The translations under genes were made by a program, and so were the position numbers. Below are positions 60,501 through 64,000 of a stretch of DNA of 64,000 nucleotides, in pieces. The DNA lies in NCBI GenBank assembly GCA_965223155.1, contig CBDCVR010000014.1, forward strand, positions 1,267,881-1,331,880, given 5' to 3'. This DNA is from Candidatus Multivoradales bacterium (GTDB lineage Bacteria > Acidobacteriota > Thermoanaerobaculia > Multivoradales > JAHEKO01). The stretch's first letter is position 1. The number at the start of each line of letters is the position of its first letter. Below the pieces are notes generated by a model. The model was not told where the DNA came from. It saw only the letters and a list, made by a program, of their open reading frames with translations, and did no database searches.

Positions 60501-61189
60501 CTGGCCTTAGGCGATTTGTCCTCTTCATGGAGGAGTGCGACCTGGAGGATTTCACGCCATTCTTGGAACTCGAGGCCGCGTTCGAGGACTTTTTCGGCCT
60601 GCTCACCATGAGAGATTTGGATTGGCTCGAAGCGCGGGTCGAAGAATGCTTCGCGTGCCAGCACAGAGGAAGGCGCAACAACGGTTGCCTGGTGGGGGAC
60701 GAGCCACTTGGGGACGACCCGCTTGGAAGGTACGTCAATCATCAAGCCACTGACGACGACGAACAGCACAGCTGCCGGGATACCACGCATACCGCACTTG
60801 CCGAGGCGGCACGTTTTTTCGTCAACCCTACGAATCCTGGGGTGAGGCCTCAGTACGGAGACATCAGTCTTCCCGGTGGAGGCAAGTTCGGAGTGTCCTT
60901 CACTCACCAGAATGGCTTGGATATCGACATGCGGTACTTCAGCAACATCGAGGATGTATTCGTCTTCGGCTCAGGGCCGGGTTCTTATGACTCGACGGCA
61001 ATGGTGGAGTTCTTGCTAGCGCTTGATGGTCAGCAGAAGATCTCACGGCTCGTTGCCCACCCTGCTTCTCAACTGAAATCGGCCATGCGACCCTACGGCA
61101 TTCAGGTGTCTTATGAAAGCAACATTCACGATAACCACCTTCACATCGAGTTGGTGAACCCCTCCCCGTCGAAGGCGTGTTCGAATTAA
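57512..61189 (+). CDS. Large secreted protein: 5 NBR1/FW-like Ig repeats, 2 IPT/TIG-like domains, C-terminal MepA-like (M74/LAS) murein endopeptidase domain
   Basis: Repeats LP..M.CG....V..N.G...WT...WQM....WFG; PRIDSV...VTGANF. C-terminus NNGCL.G, GDISLPGGG, HQNGLDID, HDNHLH. Confidence 0.8.
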   Translation: MGRQARPSRRYRRIGRACAAVLAAAAVATAQEPDPGPEDPPVGADVNDALVVSQNLPDAMYCGDTESFAIRLENVGTGDWTEDGTNGHRLGVTDNDDPFRSNGSKVRLPAGTTIAPGQRHTFTVELTAPETHGVVRTEWQMAEQGVEWFGSIVFKDINVVCGDHAVLAAEVFPAAMNCSSEDEATVTLQNLGSTDWTDAAGFSLANVGTSDAFNPSGAPVRLPSNVTVGRDGGQYPFKVPLQAPSNTHQNDVMTLWQMEHNGEPFGPLVTARIDVDCVNAATRVSDTLPDSMTCGSTLVREVTLRNGGSKPWTAAGGHQLGVPGDTDPFNPSGARVHLPASLAIEENDSHTFDVSLVAPETATTLTTEWQMVENGQWFGEKVSKTITVVCQDAAQAIGHNLPSQMACGEVATYAVTMKNTGDTVWTRADGYKLGPTGGSDPFRADATRVQLPTSASIAPQSQHSFSVALTAPSQPGSYGTEWQMVNEGVGWFGQVVSHPIQVVCGGSTALLDDAFATGVVFPSTLFEGDTGEGLVTVVNNGGTTWTAGEYLLASLDVDPLAAVQEIGITTDLLGYSVPEVPPEASYTFRVPLDPAEGTPGGIYETRWRMRSPDGVFFGDIAEAEVCFNCGGQTGEPRIDSVSQSWVRQGFASSVQVTGANFLGKRPRIAGSLGPGTIEPEISAATASSDGTWMTFHLDTSSGNTEGFHTIVIDADGSSPGAAFVVRVLPHHVPVVDAWTPGEIAQPGFYFFAIVGANLQGATVTSSHPSRVEVVGVNSALDSHVTGLLQLLPGQSASGIHLEVRGRFGQGVLLPVSGGLGASTNLLVSMSQRESSAFSASNFSLNAAGLTHSEPVSSSECGTEILRSATIPTHRNVYPLRLGEAVIDYNVLAGMQLSVEFEMGTMSLGTGGRVAWHVDPGCYPFGPPSVSVEAEVTAHTPGYEPLTCVLTGQPAEGAANCAPGGPRSGKHSQFELTATSATMEITDVTEGDPEGGFAGLRRFVLFMEECDLEDFTPFLELEAAFEDFFGLLTMRDLDWLEARVEECFACQHRGRRNNGCLVGDEPLGDDPLGRYVNHQATDDDEQHSCRDTTHTALAEAARFFVNPTNPGVRPQYGDISLPGGGKFGVSFTHQNGLDIDMRYFSNIEDVFVFGSGPGSYDSTAMVEFLLALDGQQKISRLVAHPASQLKSAMRPYGIQVSYESNIHDNHLHIELVNPSPSKACSN

Positions 61190-61245
61190 GGCACGAAAGA
61201 AGCACCGGAGCCCACGAGAGAGCGTGACATAGGGAGGAAGAAGAA

Positions 61246-64000
61246 TTGAGGCGATTGACTCGACTGACAGGTTTCGTGGTGTCCACCTTTCTCGCAACGA
61301 GTGCGCACGCCGTTGGCTGGAGTTCTGCAACCGGCGAAGTCGCATACTCGGACTCCGAGATCCCGGGGGAGGATTTTGGCCGTGTATTCGTCCATGCCCC
61401 CGGCAGTCCTCCGAGCCTCCTCTGGGAAAGGGCACCCGGCACCGAGACCACGATCAACAGGGTCCGCGTTACCTCGAACGGGCAGCGGATATCGTTCATC
61501 GAGCAAGGAGGCTGGCTCGACGGCGGGTTCGCGACGAGACCTTTTGTCGCCGGCGATCCCTGGGATCCTCATCGAGTGCTGCGAGTCCTTACCCGCAGCG
61601 GAGCGGAGGAGCTTGTCATCGACGGGGTCGGCCACTACGAGTGGTCCCCGGACGGCCGCTTTCTTGCCTACACGCAAGGAACCGAGCAGACCGAAGGCCA
61701 CGGCCTGTTGACCGCGGGCGTGACCCGGGTCCGAGACATGGATTCAAACGAGGATGAGATTGTCCTGAGCGACGCCTACGGCGCTATTTTTTGGGAAACT
61801 AGCGAGTCCTTCCTGATGGAGACCCTGGCTCTGGACCACCGCGTGACCCGGGTTGCGAGAGACGGGACGGGGCAATGGAGTACCAGTCCGGGTCCGCGGG
61901 CCGCCTGCTCGTCCCCGACGGGCAAGTACTTTGTGCAACTTGGGCCGGACGCGTTCTGTGAAGTCTGGACGGCGGAAGGGGACCACGATCTCGCGACGAG
62001 CTTGACGGCTTTCAACAGCAGGTTGAGCTCGGATGTCCAGTACGAGAGCACCTGGTGGCCTGCGGAATCCTTCCTTGCTACGCGTGGGTCAGAACGGACT
62101 GGCGCAGCCGTTGGATACCTTATCGACCTCGAGAACGACAGATTGGTCAAGATCTCTCGCTATCTTCTGTTTGCGGGCGACGAGACTATCCTAGCGATCG
62201 ATGAGTCCGGAAACATCGTCTCCGAGAGTCTCTGGAGCTTTGTCGGTGAGGCCGCCCAAGGCATTCCACTTCCTTGGGGCGCGGTCCTTCTGGACAAGCG
62301 GGACGAGGCCGAGCTTGTTGCCCACACGTTGCCGGACGTCCTGCGATGCGGGGAAGACTATGAGGTCTCGGTAACCTACCGCAACATCGGGACGAGCACC
62401 TGGACGGCGGAAGAGGAGTATGAACTTCGATTCTGGTTTTCATCTCCAGGGGATACTTCACGCAATACCAGTGCTCTTGCCTTCGAACAGAGCGTAGCGC
62501 CAGGGCAGACGGTCTCTGCGGTGGCTAACTTTGCCTCACCTCCGGTTACGACGACCTTGCGTGTCGCAACGGCTGTTGCCTCGGGGGCAGCATGGTTTCG
62601 ACGGGACTATGTCACCGCACAAGTTACCTGTGGCGAGAGCGGTGCTCCGCCACTGCCGGAGCCTCCTGAGGCCGCGAGCGAACCACAACCTCTAGTGCTA
62701 GCCGCCGGATTGACCGCGACATTTGACTACAGCGTCGTGGGTACGGATCCCGTCCAATATCGTTGGAGAAGGGACGGAGTCGGCCTGAGCAATGATCCTC
62801 GCATCTCGGGGGTCTATACCCCGAACCTGACGATCAACGATGTCGGCCCCGCCGACTCTGGACACTACACTTGCCGGGCCTCGAACGAGTTCGGCGAGGT
62901 CATCTCAGCTTCGGCCGAACTCGTCGTCGGGGTCGCTCCGTCCCTAACCGAGGGGCCGGTTCCTCGCAGCGCGTCCGAAGGTTCGTCCGTTTCGTTGTCG
63001 TGCCTCGTCGCCGGAACCGAGCCTCTGACCTACTCCTGGCTCAAGGACGGCCAGGTAGTTGCCGATGGCGGTCAAGTTACCGGTGCGTCGACTCAAGCCT
63101 TGATGCTTACCAATGTGGCTGCAAGCGATTCCGGGCAGTACAGCTGCCGCGTCGCCAACGACTGGGGCGAGGCGATCTCGGCCCAGGCCTTGGTCTCGGT
63201 CGGGTCAGCGCCAATTGTCACCACAAGTCCCGCAAGCGTCTCGACCCTTGTCGGCACGAGCGCCACCTTTTTCCTGCTCGGCCTCGGGCTCGGAGCCGCT
63301 CGCCTACCAATGGTTGCGGAATGGCGTCGAGCTGGTGGACGGCGTCCGAGTGACGGGCTCAGCGACTCCGAGCGTGACGGTGTCGAGTCTGGTCACGTCC
63401 GATGCCGGCGGGTATTCCTGCCGGGTGGCGAACGGCTTTGGCGAGGCCGTGTCGGCCTCGGCGAGTCTCGTTATCGGAAACCCGCCGCAGGTGACGAGCC
63501 AGCCGGCCCCGGCGACGGCGATCGCCGGCGGAGAGGCGAGCTTCTCGTGCGCGGCGACGGGCGATGGCACCCTCTCGTATCAGTGGCAGAAAGACGGCGC
63601 GGATCTGGCCGATGATGCCAGCATCGAAGGCGCCGCGACCACCCAGGTTACCGTTCGGAAGATCGATGCCTCGAGCGCGGGCACCTACCGGTGCCTCGTG
63701 TCGAGCGACTACGGACAAGCCCTGTCGGATCCGGCGGCCCTCACGTTCGAGGCCTGGCGCGCCTATCCGGTCGCCACGGTGAGCTCGAACTGGACTTCTT
63801 CGGAGCCGGTCCATGATCAGCTCGACGATCCCACCAACTTCGTGACCTCCCGCATGACGGCTGGTACCAGTATGAGCGATGCTCTGACGGTTCGGATGGC
63901 TCCGATGGGCGATCCTGACACCGATCTCGGGCACGAGATCCACGTCCGGGCCCGGGCACTCGACAACGCCCCGGTGACCTTGCGCGTGCACCTGATGCGG
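61246..64000 (+). CDS. Secreted protein with TolB-like N-terminus, one NBR1-like Ig and four I-set Ig repeats; apparent +1 frameshift at T5 (63268-63272); runs off the window
   Basis: GGGAGG RBS, TTG start and signal peptide; WSPDG. I-set motifs Y.W.KDG...D.G.Y.C...N..G. After removing one T, the frame continues TFSCSASGSEPLAYQWLRNG... with no stop to 64000. Confidence 0.75.

Overview
GC-rich bacterial window. The gene content (TonB receptor, porin, Tat/lipoprotein signals) indicates a diderm; an Acidobacteriota-like origin is a guess from protein styles only. No rRNA, tRNA, CRISPR array or transposase was seen. From left to right: the end of a surface-glycan cluster; an MFP plus two RND pumps; an acyltransferase; a candidate sRNA; and a GcvT-like gene with two FAD oxidoreductases. 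Next is the most striking element (19.2-31.4 kb), a convergent cassette. One arm encodes two secreted subtilases ending in (GFLWTD)n and (GFLWSD)n hexapeptide arrays plus a beta-propeller hybrid histidine kinase. The other arm encodes a REC-PAS-GGDEF*-EAL protein and a sigma-54 response regulator. Each arm is preceded by a near-consensus sigma-54 promoter. After this comes an unusual respiratory operon: Rieske, cytochrome b, octaheme HAO-family cytochrome, NapA, a tetraheme NapB-like lipoprotein and a porin. Assorted metabolic genes follow. The right end holds two large secreted Ig-repeat proteins, one with a MepA-like murein endopeptidase tip and one with a homopolymer frameshift. All calls are from motif recognition by eye; no searches were run.
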